DNA of 63,421 nucleotides from a virus, in IMG/VR virus record IMGVR_UViG_3300043672_000009, positions 1-63,421 of that record, one strand, 5' to 3'. The position numbers were made by a program, and so were the translations under genes. The notes under the pieces were generated by a model. It searched no databases. It was not told the origin of the DNA and saw only the letters and a list, made by a program, of their open reading frames with translations. This document shows positions 33,969 to 43,282 of the stretch, one piece after another. How positions within the stretch are numbered: position 1 is the first letter of the stretch; every line of letters starts with the position of its first letter.

Positions 33969-34238
33969 TCAGAACACCTCGAAACCCAGTTCGCGTAGGT
34001 CGGCCAGGGTCACCGTCTCCAGCCCGACCACAGCCAGGTACGCGGCCAGCGCGCCGGAATAGTCCGCATCCAGCACCATTCCGAAGTCGTCGGCGCCAAA
34101 GACGCCGCAGCGCCAGAATTCACCCTCCGGTCCGAGTGGGCGACACTGCATGCGCAGCCACTTGCGGCCGTACAGCGCCATGGATGGGTGGAAGTCTTCC
34201 TGGGTTGGCACCAGGCACTGCCGCGACGGTGCTTTCAT
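33969..34238 (-). CDS. Hypothetical protein (~89 aa)
   Basis: ATG 34238 overlap-coupled to the upstream stop. Confidence 0.55.
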   Translation of the reverse strand: MKAPSRQCLVPTQEDFHPSMALYGRKWLRMQCRPLGPEGEFWRCGVFGADDFGMVLDADYSGALAAYLAVVGLETVTLADLRELGFEVF

Positions 34239-34492
34239 CAAAGGTCCTTGCCGCCCATCAGGATCTTCACATCCGTCCACCCCATCGTCTCGACGTAGCG
34301 CCTGATCTGCTCGGCTGCCTCACGGTCGAAGTAGGGGTGCTCGTGGGCCGCCACGACCCGCCGCTTGCGCACCACGGTCTGGGTCTTGCCGGCGTTCCGG
34401 CTGTGCTTCTTGCTGGCCCGCATTCGCCGCTCGTAGGAGATCGTGCCTGGCGGTCTGCCGGTCACAACGAAGCCGCCGCGGTCGGCGCTCAT
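34238..34492 (-). CDS. Small basic protein (~84 aa)
   Basis: ATG 34492 in an ATGA overlap with the Cro-like gene stop. Confidence 0.55.
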   Translation of the reverse strand: MSADRGGFVVTGRPPGTISYERRMRASKKHSRNAGKTQTVVRKRRVVAAHEHPYFDREAAEQIRRYVETMGWTDVKILMGGKDL

Positions 34493-34668
34493 TGGGTGAC
34501 CCGAAACCAACGCGGCCTTTTGGCCCGCAGGAACCGCTCATGCTTCGGCGGCAGGTTCGGTTTCCAGGTCGGCCCGTACGTCGTCAGCACGGAGACGCCG
34601 AGGAGTTCGGCGAGCTTGTCGCGCCCACCCGCACGCTTGATTGCTTGGGATGTTTCCATGCTGCGCAT
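34489..34668 (-). CDS. Cro/YdaS-type HTH regulator (~59 aa)
   Basis: METSQAIKRAGGRDKLAELLGVSVLTTYG...W. First gene of the leftward operon, next to a palindromic operator. Confidence 0.7.
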   Translation of the reverse strand: MRSMETSQAIKRAGGRDKLAELLGVSVLTTYGPTWKPNLPPKHERFLRAKRPRWFRVTQ

Positions 34669-34697
34669 TGTGCAGACTTTCTTTGTTTTTGCGAATA

Positions 34698-34737
34698 GGC
34701 GACTTGCACAATCGCGAATTGTTGTGGCATAGTCGCC
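34698..34737. promoter_or_regulatory. 40-bp composite palindrome (GGCGACT..ACAAT-CGCGA-ATTGT..AGTCGCC) overlapping the candidate rightward promoter TTGCAC-N18-CATAGT (34704-34733)
   Basis: Read directly in the 93-bp divergent intergenic region. Confidence 0.6.
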
Positions 34738-34761
34738 CAACGGTTAACACTGGGGATCGAG

Positions 34762-35001
34762 ATGGATAAAGATGCGCTTCAAGCGCAGGGATGGCTGACA
34801 CGTCGCATGGTGCCGGTGTGCATCGGCCACGAAGACCCGCACGACGGCAAGCGTGAATACGTCGTGCAGTGGATTGAGCGCGCCGATGACGCGGAGTGGG
34901 ACGAATACTCAATCTGGGCGCACACCGGCGCCGATGCCATGCACGACTGCTACGAACGGCACGGCCTGAATATCACCGTCGTGGTGGTGCGTCCGCTGTG
35001 A
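34762..35001 (+). CDS. First rightward gene, small acidic protein (79 aa)
   Basis: ORF track. GGGGA lies upstream. Confidence 0.55.
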   Translation: MDKDALQAQGWLTRRMVPVCIGHEDPHDGKREYVVQWIERADDAEWDEYSIWAHTGADAMHDCYERHGLNITVVVVRPL

Positions 35002-35960
35002 CCCACGACCGCACCAAGCACTTGGGCGGCAGCGATGCTGCGGCCGTCATGGGCCTGAGCCCATGGGCCACGCCGATGCAGGTGTGGCGCCTGAAGACTG
35101 GCCGAACCGTTGACAGCATCGACGCCAAGCGGGCGAAGATCTTCCGGCGCGGCCACCTGCTGGAGCCGGTGATTCTGGAGATGGGCACCGACCGACTGCA
35201 GGAGATGGGCTTGGAGGTGGAACCGGTGTGCCGAAACGAGCGGTATCACGATCCGGAGCACCCGTTTCTGTCGGTTGAGATCGACGCCGAGTTCATCCTG
35301 TCCGGTGAGGTGGAGATCAACGGCACGCGTGTGGTGTTCGACCGCGAGCCCGTGAACTGCGATGCCAAGTCCGTGCACGGCTTCGCATCGAAGAAGTGGG
35401 GGGCCGAAGACACAGAGGATCTGCCGATTGAGTACGCGGCCCAGTTCATGACCGGGCTCATGGTGCGCGGCCGGCGCTACTGTGTGGTGTTCGCGATGCT
35501 GGGCATGGACCACGTGGGCATCTACTGGGTTGTTCGAGACGATACGACCATCGAAGCGATGCGCTCGAAGCTGGTGTCGTTCTGGTTTGATCACGTGCTG
35601 GCCGACGTGCCACCGGACCCGATTGCGTACGACGACATCACGTGCATCTTCCCCATGGACGACGGGCAGTCGGTGGAGGCGACGCCAGAGATCGCCCAGA
35701 AGGTCGCGAAGCTGGCGTCGGTGCGCAGCAGCCTGACGGTGCTGAAGGCTCAGGAGGACTTCCTCAAGTTCGACATCGCCGACTTCATCAGCCCGCATGC
35801 CGTCCTGACGTACAAGGGCAAGAAGATCGCATCTTGGAAGGGTCAGCCCAACACGCATTGGCTGGCCGACGAACTAACCAAGGATCACCCCGAGTTGGTT
35901 CACCGTTACCGCGAGACCAACACCGTACGAGTTTTGAGAGTCATCAAGGAGAAATCATGA
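34998..35960 (+). CDS. YqaJ/lambda-Exo-like recombination exonuclease (~320 aa)
   Basis: GGSDAAAVMGLSPWATPMQVWRLKTG N-terminal signature. GTG 34998 overlaps the upstream stop. Confidence 0.85.
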   Translation: MTHDRTKHLGGSDAAAVMGLSPWATPMQVWRLKTGRTVDSIDAKRAKIFRRGHLLEPVILEMGTDRLQEMGLEVEPVCRNERYHDPEHPFLSVEIDAEFILSGEVEINGTRVVFDREPVNCDAKSVHGFASKKWGAEDTEDLPIEYAAQFMTGLMVRGRRYCVVFAMLGMDHVGIYWVVRDDTTIEAMRSKLVSFWFDHVLADVPPDPIAYDDITCIFPMDDGQSVEATPEIAQKVAKLASVRSSLTVLKAQEDFLKFDIADFISPHAVLTYKGKKIASWKGQPNTHWLADELTKDHPELVHRYRETNTVRVLRVIKEKS

Positions 35961-37099
35961 GCGAGCAACAACGTGGCAGCGCCGGCCTCAAGGCGGCGGC
36001 TACCGGGACCGAGGTGGTGGAGCAGAAGCGGTCCATTTTCACCTATTTGGATCACCCCAAGGTGCAGGCTGGCATGCAGGCCGTGGCGTCCAAGTACCTG
36101 CAGCCGGAGCGGATGCTGCGGCTGTGCGTGAACGCCGCGAAGAAGACGCCCCACCTGGTGGAGTGCGATCCGCACACCGTGCTGGGCGCGATGATGACAT
36201 CGGCCGCTCTGGGCCTGGAGCCGAACACGATCCAGCAGCAGGCGTTCCTCATCCCGTACAAGAAGCGTGTCAAGCGCGGCAACCAATGGGTGGATGAGTA
36301 CGACTGCCAGTTTCAGATCGGTGCCCGCGGGTTCATCACCCTGTTCTACCGCGCACCGCAGATCCTGTCTGTGGACGGCGACAGCATCCACGACGGCGAC
36401 ATCTTTGAGCACATGAAGGGCTCCGAGAGCTTCCTGCGCTACAGCAAGGCGCTGCACAACCGTGGCGCGCTGCTGGGTGCGTTCTCGCACGTGCGGCTCA
36501 AGGATGGCGGGGAAAGCGCCTGCGTGCTGCCGGTGGAGGAGATCTACAAGATCCGCGCCCGCAGCGAGACATTCAAGGCGCTGCAGAAGCGTGTGCAGGA
36601 CGAACAAGACCCGAAGGAGCGCGACAAGCAGCAGCGAAAGCTGGACGAAACCCCGTGGGTTATGTGGGAAGACGACATGGCGATGAAGTCGGCGACGAAG
36701 AAGCACTCCAAGGTCCTGCCGATTGCCGCGTCCGATGCCGCCCTGATGGCTGCCGCAGAGATCGACAGCCGTGGCGATGCTGGCGCCTTCGATCTGCGTG
36801 CGATGCAAGACCCGTCGATGGTGCGCGCCGTGGTGCATGAGGGCATGGAACCGCCGCCACCCGAGCAGGACGACGACGATCCGGAAGTCAGCACGGAGAC
36901 CTACGGCACGCGCGGGCCTGGGTCGACGCCAGTGCCCACGGAGAAGCGGCCACCGGCTGAGAAGGCCGATGACTGGCAGCCGACCGCCGCCCAACTGAAG
37001 GCCATCCGAGACCGAGAGATCCAAGAGGCGGCGGCCAAGGACGCCCAACAAACAGCGCCGCAGCGCCGCACGCGGCCGACCCAGGGAGGCATGGAATGA
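35957..37099 (+). CDS. recT: RecT-family single-strand annealing protein (~380 aa)
   Basis: Follows the exonuclease with an ATGA overlap. RecT-like core (CDPHTVLGAMMTSAALGLEPN...QFQIGARGF) and an acidic/Pro-rich tail. Confidence 0.8.
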   Translation: MSEQQRGSAGLKAAATGTEVVEQKRSIFTYLDHPKVQAGMQAVASKYLQPERMLRLCVNAAKKTPHLVECDPHTVLGAMMTSAALGLEPNTIQQQAFLIPYKKRVKRGNQWVDEYDCQFQIGARGFITLFYRAPQILSVDGDSIHDGDIFEHMKGSESFLRYSKALHNRGALLGAFSHVRLKDGGESACVLPVEEIYKIRARSETFKALQKRVQDEQDPKERDKQQRKLDETPWVMWEDDMAMKSATKKHSKVLPIAASDAALMAAAEIDSRGDAGAFDLRAMQDPSMVRAVVHEGMEPPPPEQDDDDPEVSTETYGTRGPGSTPVPTEKRPPAEKADDWQPTAAQLKAIRDREIQEAAAKDAQQTAPQRRTRPTQGGME

Positions 37100-38871
37100 A
37101 GCTCTCAAAACTGGCCGTGCACGGCTTCGTCGGCATCAAGAGCATCGAGGTAGATCTGACCACGCCCGTGCACCTGTTCTGCGGCAGCAACTTCGCCGGC
37201 AAGTCCAGCGTCTGCGATGCGGTGGCGCTGGCGCTGACGGGCAACCTGGGCCGCGTGGCGCTGAAGAAGGACGCCGGGCAGCTCGTGCACGACGGCGCCA
37301 AGGCCGCGGCGTGTGAGGTCACCGAGAACCTGATGCTCCGCGGTAACAACGAAGACGGCATGCGCACCGAGCGGGTCTACGGCGTCACCATCACTGCCGC
37401 CGGCAAGATCCACGAGGCGCGCGAGGCCGAAGTCGATCCGACACTGCAGTACGTGCTGGACGCCCAGCGGTTCGCGGCCATGGACCAGAAAGAGCGTCGC
37501 ACCTTCCTGTTTGGCTTGATGCGGGTGCGGCTCACGCCCGCCAGCATCGTCGAGCGGTTGGAGCAGCGCGGGTGCGACAAGTCCCGCGTCGCCGAGATCG
37601 CGCCGCTCCTGCGCAGTGGGTTCGATGCCGCTCACGAGCAGGCGAAGAACAGCGCCACCCAGTCCAAGGCCCTGTGGCGCAACATCACCGGCGAGACGTA
37701 CGGGGAGGTCAAGGCCGCAACGTGGACGGCCGCGGAGCCCGATGTGAACCGGGCGATGGACGAGAGCCTTGTGCAGGCCAGCGCCCAGCAGATCGTCACG
37801 ATTGACGAACTGATCGCGAAGCAGAACCAGGCCATCGGCGGCCTGAAGAAGCTGCGTGATGAAGTCGCGTCCAAGCGTGCCAAGTTGCCGGCGCTCCGCC
37901 TGGAGGCCGAGAAGGTCGAGCGCCTGCGCAAGAAGCTGTTGGTGGACCGCGAGTCGATGGAATCCATGGAGGCCAAGGTGGCGAGCGCCAGCGGTGCCCC
38001 GCGGCCCGTGCAGACCTGGGCTTGCCCGTGCTGCGCATCGCTGTTGGTGCTGCAGGATGCCAAGCTGGTGGAGCATGTGCCGCCTGCGGGCGGCACCCCG
38101 TCCGACGCTGGACAGTTGCCGGCGTACGAGGCCATCCTACGCATGTGCAAGTTGGCGGTCGCCAACACGGAGCGCGACATTGCCGCCGCCGAATCGGCAC
38201 AGCGCCAGATCACCGACATCGATGCCTTGGACGACTTCGGCGAAGACGACACCAAGAGCATCGCCGACGCAGAGGCTGAGATCACGCGCCTGGCCGCAAA
38301 GAAGGTCGAAGTGCTGACCATGATCGAAGCATCGACGCAGTACACCAAGGATGTGGATGCAGCGAAGAAGAAAACCGCCGACGCTGCCGTCATGCATACC
38401 GCTGTCAGCGAGTGGGCAGCCATCGCCAAGGAACTCTCTCCCGATGGCATACCGGCCGATATCCTGGCCGCGACGCTGACGCCGATCAACACGCGCCTGA
38501 AGCAGTCGGCGCTCGACACCGGGTGGCCGGAGGTTGCGCTCGACGGCGACATGGTGGTGCGCGTTGGAAAGCGCATCTATGGGTTGCTGTCGGAGTCGGA
38601 GAAGTGGCGGGCCGATGCTGTGATCGCCGAGGCAATCTCCCATATCTCGGGCCGCAAGCTGCTGGTGCTGGACCGCATGGACGTGCTGGATCCGCAGTCG
38701 CGGCCGCAACTCATCGGGTGGCTCGACACCCTGGCCGACTTCGGCGACATCGACACCGCCATCGTGTGCGGGACGCTGACGAAGAAGCCGACAAGCCTGC
38801 CGAAGACGATCACGGCGCATTGGGTTGTCGGCGGCGAGATCCTGGCTGATGCCGAGTTTGAGGAGGTTTGA
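37096..38871 (+). CDS. Rad50/SbcC-like ABC ATPase with a central CPCC hook-like motif (591 aa)
   Basis: Walker A is GSNFAGKSS. Signature-like LSESEK. Walker B is LLVLDRMDVLD. A coiled-coil middle carries CPCC at 38023-38034. Confidence 0.8.
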   Translation: MKLSKLAVHGFVGIKSIEVDLTTPVHLFCGSNFAGKSSVCDAVALALTGNLGRVALKKDAGQLVHDGAKAAACEVTENLMLRGNNEDGMRTERVYGVTITAAGKIHEAREAEVDPTLQYVLDAQRFAAMDQKERRTFLFGLMRVRLTPASIVERLEQRGCDKSRVAEIAPLLRSGFDAAHEQAKNSATQSKALWRNITGETYGEVKAATWTAAEPDVNRAMDESLVQASAQQIVTIDELIAKQNQAIGGLKKLRDEVASKRAKLPALRLEAEKVERLRKKLLVDRESMESMEAKVASASGAPRPVQTWACPCCASLLVLQDAKLVEHVPPAGGTPSDAGQLPAYEAILRMCKLAVANTERDIAAAESAQRQITDIDALDDFGEDDTKSIADAEAEITRLAAKKVEVLTMIEASTQYTKDVDAAKKKTADAAVMHTAVSEWAAIAKELSPDGIPADILAATLTPINTRLKQSALDTGWPEVALDGDMVVRVGKRIYGLLSESEKWRADAVIAEAISHISGRKLLVLDRMDVLDPQSRPQLIGWLDTLADFGDIDTAIVCGTLTKKPTSLPKTITAHWVVGGEILADAEFEEV

Positions 38872-38873
38872 GC

Positions 38874-39095
38874 ATGGACACCATCATCTGCCGCGACATC
38901 TATATCCGGCACACCGACACCAATGGCGGACGCTCCGTCCATTGTCACCGCGTTTGGGACGCCCAGCGCTTCATCGACTCGCAAAAGCGCGAAGCTGCTG
39001 AGGCGAACCGGCGCGTGCAAGAAGCGGGCGATATCGATCTGCGGCTCGCCAAGGTCGAGCAGATCACCGAAGAGCAATACCAGCAAGAGCGCTGA
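38874..39095 (+). CDS. Small protein (73 aa)
   Basis: ATG 38874 with GAGGAGG 7 nt upstream. Confidence 0.55.
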   Translation: MDTIICRDIYIRHTDTNGGRSVHCHRVWDAQRFIDSQKREAAEANRRVQEAGDIDLRLAKVEQITEEQYQQER

Positions 39096-39122
39096 GGCGC
39101 TACAACCACGAAGGAGAACCGA

Positions 39123-39353
39123 ATGATGCTACAAGGTAACAACACGCTCACGCTGAGCAAAGAAGCTACGCGATCGTTGATCGAAGAGGTGCTTAACCGC
39201 CGCTTCGGCGTCAGCAACATCCGCGTCACCGACGTGCAGGCGCTTTACTCCGGCATGGAGATCGACTTCACCACCGATCCGTTGCCGGCCGTTGAACCGG
39301 CCCCGGAGCCGGTTCTGCAGCCCGGCCAGCCGGCCGACGCATCGCTGGACTGA
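39123..39353 (+). CDS. Small protein (76 aa)
   Basis: ORF track. AAGGAGAA lies upstream. Confidence 0.55.
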   Translation: MMLQGNNTLTLSKEATRSLIEEVLNRRFGVSNIRVTDVQALYSGMEIDFTTDPLPAVEPAPEPVLQPGQPADASLD

Positions 39354-39387
39354 TCCGGCGCAACAACCGAAACCACATAGGAGCACC

Positions 39388-40011
39388 ATGAAAGCAATCG
39401 TGTTCGATACCGAGACATCCGGGCTGCCAGATTGGCACACGCCCAGCGAAGACCCGAGCCATCCCCACATCGTGGAGCTTGCCGCCCTGCTTGTGGACGT
39501 GGACAGCCGCGAGGTCATCGACCAGGTGGACGCCATCATCAAGCCGGATGGCTGGGTGATTCCGGCCGATGTGTCCACCATCCACGGCATCACCACCGAG
39601 CACGCTATGGACGTTGGCCGGCCGGAGCGCGAGGTGGTTGAGCAGTTCGTTGCGCTGTGGCGGCACGCTGGGTTCCGCGTGGGCCACAACGTCTCGTTCG
39701 ACGATCACATCCTGCGCATCGCGTTCAAGCGCTCGCTGCAAGACGAGGCCCTTGCCGAAGAGTTCAAGGCCGGCGGCAAGGTGTGCACGCAACTGCTGAG
39801 CACGCCCATCCTGAAGCTGCCGCCCACGGCGAAGATGGTGGCGGCCAGGCGCACCCACTACAAGAGCGCCAACCTCACCGAGGCGTACGAGTTCTTCACT
39901 GGGCGCAAGATGCACGGTGCGCACCGGGCGATGGATGATGTTCGGGCCTGCATGGCGGTCTACTGGGCCATCAAAGACGGCATCACGACGGCTCGGCCTC
40001 CGCAGTCCTGA
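39388..40011 (+). CDS. DnaQ-like DEDDh 3'-5' exonuclease (207 aa)
   Basis: Exo I is VFDTETSGL. Exo II is GHNVSFDDHIL. Exo III is HRAMDDVRA. Confidence 0.85.
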   Translation: MKAIVFDTETSGLPDWHTPSEDPSHPHIVELAALLVDVDSREVIDQVDAIIKPDGWVIPADVSTIHGITTEHAMDVGRPEREVVEQFVALWRHAGFRVGHNVSFDDHILRIAFKRSLQDEALAEEFKAGGKVCTQLLSTPILKLPPTAKMVAARRTHYKSANLTEAYEFFTGRKMHGAHRAMDDVRACMAVYWAIKDGITTARPPQS

Positions 40012-40030
40012 ACAAGTTTCCAGGGCGCGC

Positions 40031-40069
40031 CCGGCCGCATGTCTGATCCCCAACGTGCTTTGCGGCCGG
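40031..40069 (+). other. 9-bp GC stem (CCGGCCGCA/TGCGGCCGG) with a 21-nt loop after the exonuclease gene
   Basis: Read directly. No U tract. Confidence 0.3.
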
Positions 40070-40125
40070 CCCAGTTCACAAGACCGGCGCCCTATTTCTT
40101 CTCCACCAACACAAGGACCAACGTC

Positions 40126-40875
40126 ATGTCATTCGAGCTGCTGAAGTGGGAACCCGTTCGCATCCGGCACGTCAACCTGCGGCGCGAGAAGCATGGCGAG
40201 GAAACCGTGTCGGCTCTGGATATCAAGGTCGAACTGCCGATCGAGAATCTGCGCCTGGACATGTTCCATCCGGAACTGTGCGACAAGACCTACTTCAATC
40301 GCGAGGCCGGGTCTGGCCAGCTTGCGATTGATGAGGTGCCGGAGACTCTGCCGAACCTGATCTTCCCGCAGATGAAGGCGCCCCGGAAATGGGATTTTGA
40401 GTTGAAGGGCGCGCGCGTCGTGTTCGACTACGGGCTTGGCGAAGAGCGCGGATCGAACATCGACTTGCACGGCTGCAAGGTCAAGGGCTTCGAACTGGAG
40501 ATGATCGAGGGCGGATCCGTGAACGTGGTGTTCACCATCCAGAACAGCGAGTTCCCGGATGGAGCCCTGGACAAGCTGCGCCACAAGCTGGACCAGGAGC
40601 TTCCGGTGCTCATCGTGCCGGCTGGCGCCGAGTGCGCGCTGCTTGTTCCGGTGGCCGAGCCGAAGGATCCGCCGAAGCAGAAGCCGCCCCGGGCGAACTC
40701 CAACAATGTCATCGACTTCCAGGTGCCGAAAGATGCTGCGCCTGATGCGCCGCCGACCATCGACCCGGCGCAGTTGGCGATAACGCAGGCGATGGAGTCG
40801 GCCGCATCGCCGGCACCGGCCACGGATGCGCCGAAGGCCCGCGGCTCGCGCAACACGCCGGCCAGCCTGGAGTAA
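40126..40875 (+). CDS. Hypothetical protein (249 aa)
   Basis: ATG 40126 with AAGGA upstream. Confidence 0.6.
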   Translation: MSFELLKWEPVRIRHVNLRREKHGEETVSALDIKVELPIENLRLDMFHPELCDKTYFNREAGSGQLAIDEVPETLPNLIFPQMKAPRKWDFELKGARVVFDYGLGEERGSNIDLHGCKVKGFELEMIEGGSVNVVFTIQNSEFPDGALDKLRHKLDQELPVLIVPAGAECALLVPVAEPKDPPKQKPPRANSNNVIDFQVPKDAAPDAPPTIDPAQLAITQAMESAASPAPATDAPKARGSRNTPASLE

Positions 40876-40879
40876 CGCA

Positions 40880-41068
40880 ATGTTTCACCCGTACAACGAG
40901 CAGACCGCCGGCACGCAGGACCGCATCGCATGGACGCTGTGCCAGATCATTGACGACGACGCCCCATTGCGCTGGACGCGGTATAGGGCTGCCGCAACGT
41001 GCATTGCGCGCAACGAGAAGCTGATGTCCGACCTGAAGGCGCTTGGCGAACTGGTGGGGGCAAGCTAA
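40880..41068 (+). CDS. Small protein (62 aa)
   Basis: ORF track with an internal ATG. Confidence 0.5.
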   Translation: MFHPYNEQTAGTQDRIAWTLCQIIDDDAPLRWTRYRAAATCIARNEKLMSDLKALGELVGAS

Positions 41069-41394
41069 TGACCGACACGCAAGGTGGCATCGGCTGGGCG
41101 GACCCGCGCATGGATGTGCTTTCGTCGAAGTGGGTGGACGATCCCCAGCACATAAAGAAGTTTTGCGAAGGCGCGTCATGGTCGGTGGTCGGTTGGACTG
41201 ACGCAGCACGCGCCGTGTTTCGTAATGGCGACATAGTTGAACTGTCTGCCAAAGAACTGTACGACCTCGAAATCAAGAGCGACGACCAGAGCAGAAACGG
41301 CTACGTCATTCTGAAGGCGTGCTATATGAAGCTCATGAAGCAGCGCGATGTGTGGTCTGGGTACAAGAAATACTGGGCCTCTGCCGCGAACTGA
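41068..41394 (+). CDS. Hypothetical protein (108 aa)
   Basis: TAATG coupling to the previous ORF. Confidence 0.55.
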   Translation: MTDTQGGIGWADPRMDVLSSKWVDDPQHIKKFCEGASWSVVGWTDAARAVFRNGDIVELSAKELYDLEIKSDDQSRNGYVILKACYMKLMKQRDVWSGYKKYWASAAN

Positions 41395-41402
41395 GAACCG
41401 AC

Positions 41403-41687
41403 ATGCCGACACCAAAGATCTACGTCACCGGCCCGATGTTCCTGGGTGGCCCGCTGCACGCCACATCCTGCACCGGTGTGTCGGGCCCAACCTTCGCCAG
41501 CACGCGCACAGTCGGCGTCGGCGACATCCACCGCGCCACCGTGAAGACGGAGCCCGGCGAGCCGCGGCAGTACCGGGCCATGGTGACGGACTTCTACCGG
41601 AGCATGCCGCCGCCGGAAGGTTTGTATGCCTGGACCCACTACGTTCATGCCTCGCTGACGGATGCGCAGGCAATGGAGTACATCTGA
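41403..41687 (+). CDS. Hypothetical protein (94 aa)
   Basis: ORF track with an internal ATG. Confidence 0.5.
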   Translation: MPTPKIYVTGPMFLGGPLHATSCTGVSGPTFASTRTVGVGDIHRATVKTEPGEPRQYRAMVTDFYRSMPPPEGLYAWTHYVHASLTDAQAMEYI

Positions 41688-43282
41688 TGAGCACCAACCT
41701 GCAGCCGTACGACGAGAAGCTGATTCCTGAGCCAGACACCCGCTCCGACATGCACATGGATGGCCGGGGCCGCCCAGCCTACACCGCCCACTGTGTGCGC
41801 CGCATCCTCGCCGACTCGCACGCGCACTACGAGAAGCTGTTCAGCGCCGCCTCCGCAAACGGCCCGAGCATCGCGCAGGTGGAGGCTGGCGCCCAGGCGC
41901 TGCATGAATGCGGGTTTGGTGGCGAAGAAGGAAAGGCCGCGCGCGCGGCCACGGCAGACTCCGTGTGGCGGGCGATGCAGGAAGTGCCGGGCGCTCCGGT
42001 GCGTGTCGCACAGCCCGCCGCATCGCTCGCAGCCTGGCTCGCCAACAACGTGCCGGAGTTGCAGCAACGCATGTACCGCGTCAGCGACGTGGAGGCAATG
42101 CGGGATGCACTACTGCCGGAGTGCTGGGCTGCGGCCATTGCATCGGTACATCCCGCTGGCGATGCGGCCATGCCGGTGGTGGCGCACATGGTCACATCGG
42201 AAAAGGCGAACCACAAGGGACTGTTCCTGTTTGACAGTCACGCCGAAGACATGCGCAGATCCAGCGCAGCCCCAACTGACGCGAGGCATGACGCGCTCGT
42301 ACGCCAGTCCGACGCACAAGCAGCGCTGGCAGCGAAGGACGGTCTCATCGCCGGCCTGGAAGCTGACCTGGTGGAAGAGCGCAACCGCATCGCCAGCATG
42401 CGCACAGAGTGGGGCGCAGAGGTTGCGGCACTCACGCAGACCATCGCCGACAGCGATGCAGTGGTGCGGGCGATGGAGAAGCAGCGCACCATTTCCACCA
42501 CGTTCCGGCTGGCAGAGCGAGAGCGGGCTGATGCGCACAAAGCCGAACTGACGGCGCAGGCCAAGCACGCCGAAGACGTGGCTGACGCTGCGAAGGCGCG
42601 TATCGCGGAGCTTGAAGACAGGCTCAGCGTGTGCGATCACCACCTGTCAGCGTACCCAGAATCTGCGCCGTCAATGATTCTGTCCGGTGACATTCGAGCG
42701 ACACTTGACAATCCGACCATCAACACGCGTGGCGCACTTTCTGACGCGCCAGCCGTGAGCATGGGCGGCGCCGGTGTCACCGTCACGCTGGCGCAGCCCG
42801 ACAGCCTGGACTGGGATGCGCCGGATCGGCGCCCACAGCCGTGCTGCGGCGACCCAACGAACTGCGATGCCGCGGCGATGGGTGTGTGCTCGCCGGTTGC
42901 TGCCGCCGAGGCGGCCGGCGTCGCTGCATGCGTGACGTGCGGCGCTCCGTCTGGGGTGCCGGCGGCGCCGTGGCGAGATCACGCTGAGCAGCGCATCCGC
43001 ACATGGCGCCAGCGCACCATGAACTGGTCCGGTGATCGCCTGGGCATCGACGACTTCATGGGAGCCGAATCGATCGACGATCTTGTTGATTGGGTGTGCG
43101 ACGAGTACGCCGGGCCAGCGAACCGATCTACGTCGGCACAGCGCGATACCGCCGCCATGCTGGAGGAGCACATGCGGCTGGTGGATGAGGCAGTTTCTGC
43201 CGCCTCTGGAGATGGTTCGTTTCGGCTGGGTATCAGGGATCTGATCGAGGCCAGCGCAAAGTGCATGCTGGGGATCGCATGA
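41687..43282 (+). CDS. Coiled-coil protein with a Cys-rich segment (531 aa)
   Basis: TGATG coupling to the previous ORF. Central heptad-like region. CCGDPTNCD...CVTCG. Confidence 0.6.
   Translation: MSTNLQPYDEKLIPEPDTRSDMHMDGRGRPAYTAHCVRRILADSHAHYEKLFSAASANGPSIAQVEAGAQALHECGFGGEEGKAARAATADSVWRAMQEVPGAPVRVAQPAASLAAWLANNVPELQQRMYRVSDVEAMRDALLPECWAAAIASVHPAGDAAMPVVAHMVTSEKANHKGLFLFDSHAEDMRRSSAAPTDARHDALVRQSDAQAALAAKDGLIAGLEADLVEERNRIASMRTEWGAEVAALTQTIADSDAVVRAMEKQRTISTTFRLAERERADAHKAELTAQAKHAEDVADAAKARIAELEDRLSVCDHHLSAYPESAPSMILSGDIRATLDNPTINTRGALSDAPAVSMGGAGVTVTLAQPDSLDWDAPDRRPQPCCGDPTNCDAAAMGVCSPVAAAEAAGVAACVTCGAPSGVPAAPWRDHAEQRIRTWRQRTMNWSGDRLGIDDFMGAESIDDLVDWVCDEYAGPANRSTSAQRDTAAMLEEHMRLVDEAVSAASGDGSFRLGIRDLIEASAKCMLGIA

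Noticed and set aside
33598-33969. 123-aa minus-strand ORF with a TGATG junction to the upstream gene
   Set aside because: By hand count, third-codon positions are only about half G/C, unlike neighbouring genes. The translation is Arg/Gly-rich and low quality. The ORF also contains the long terminator hairpin. I treat the region as non-coding.
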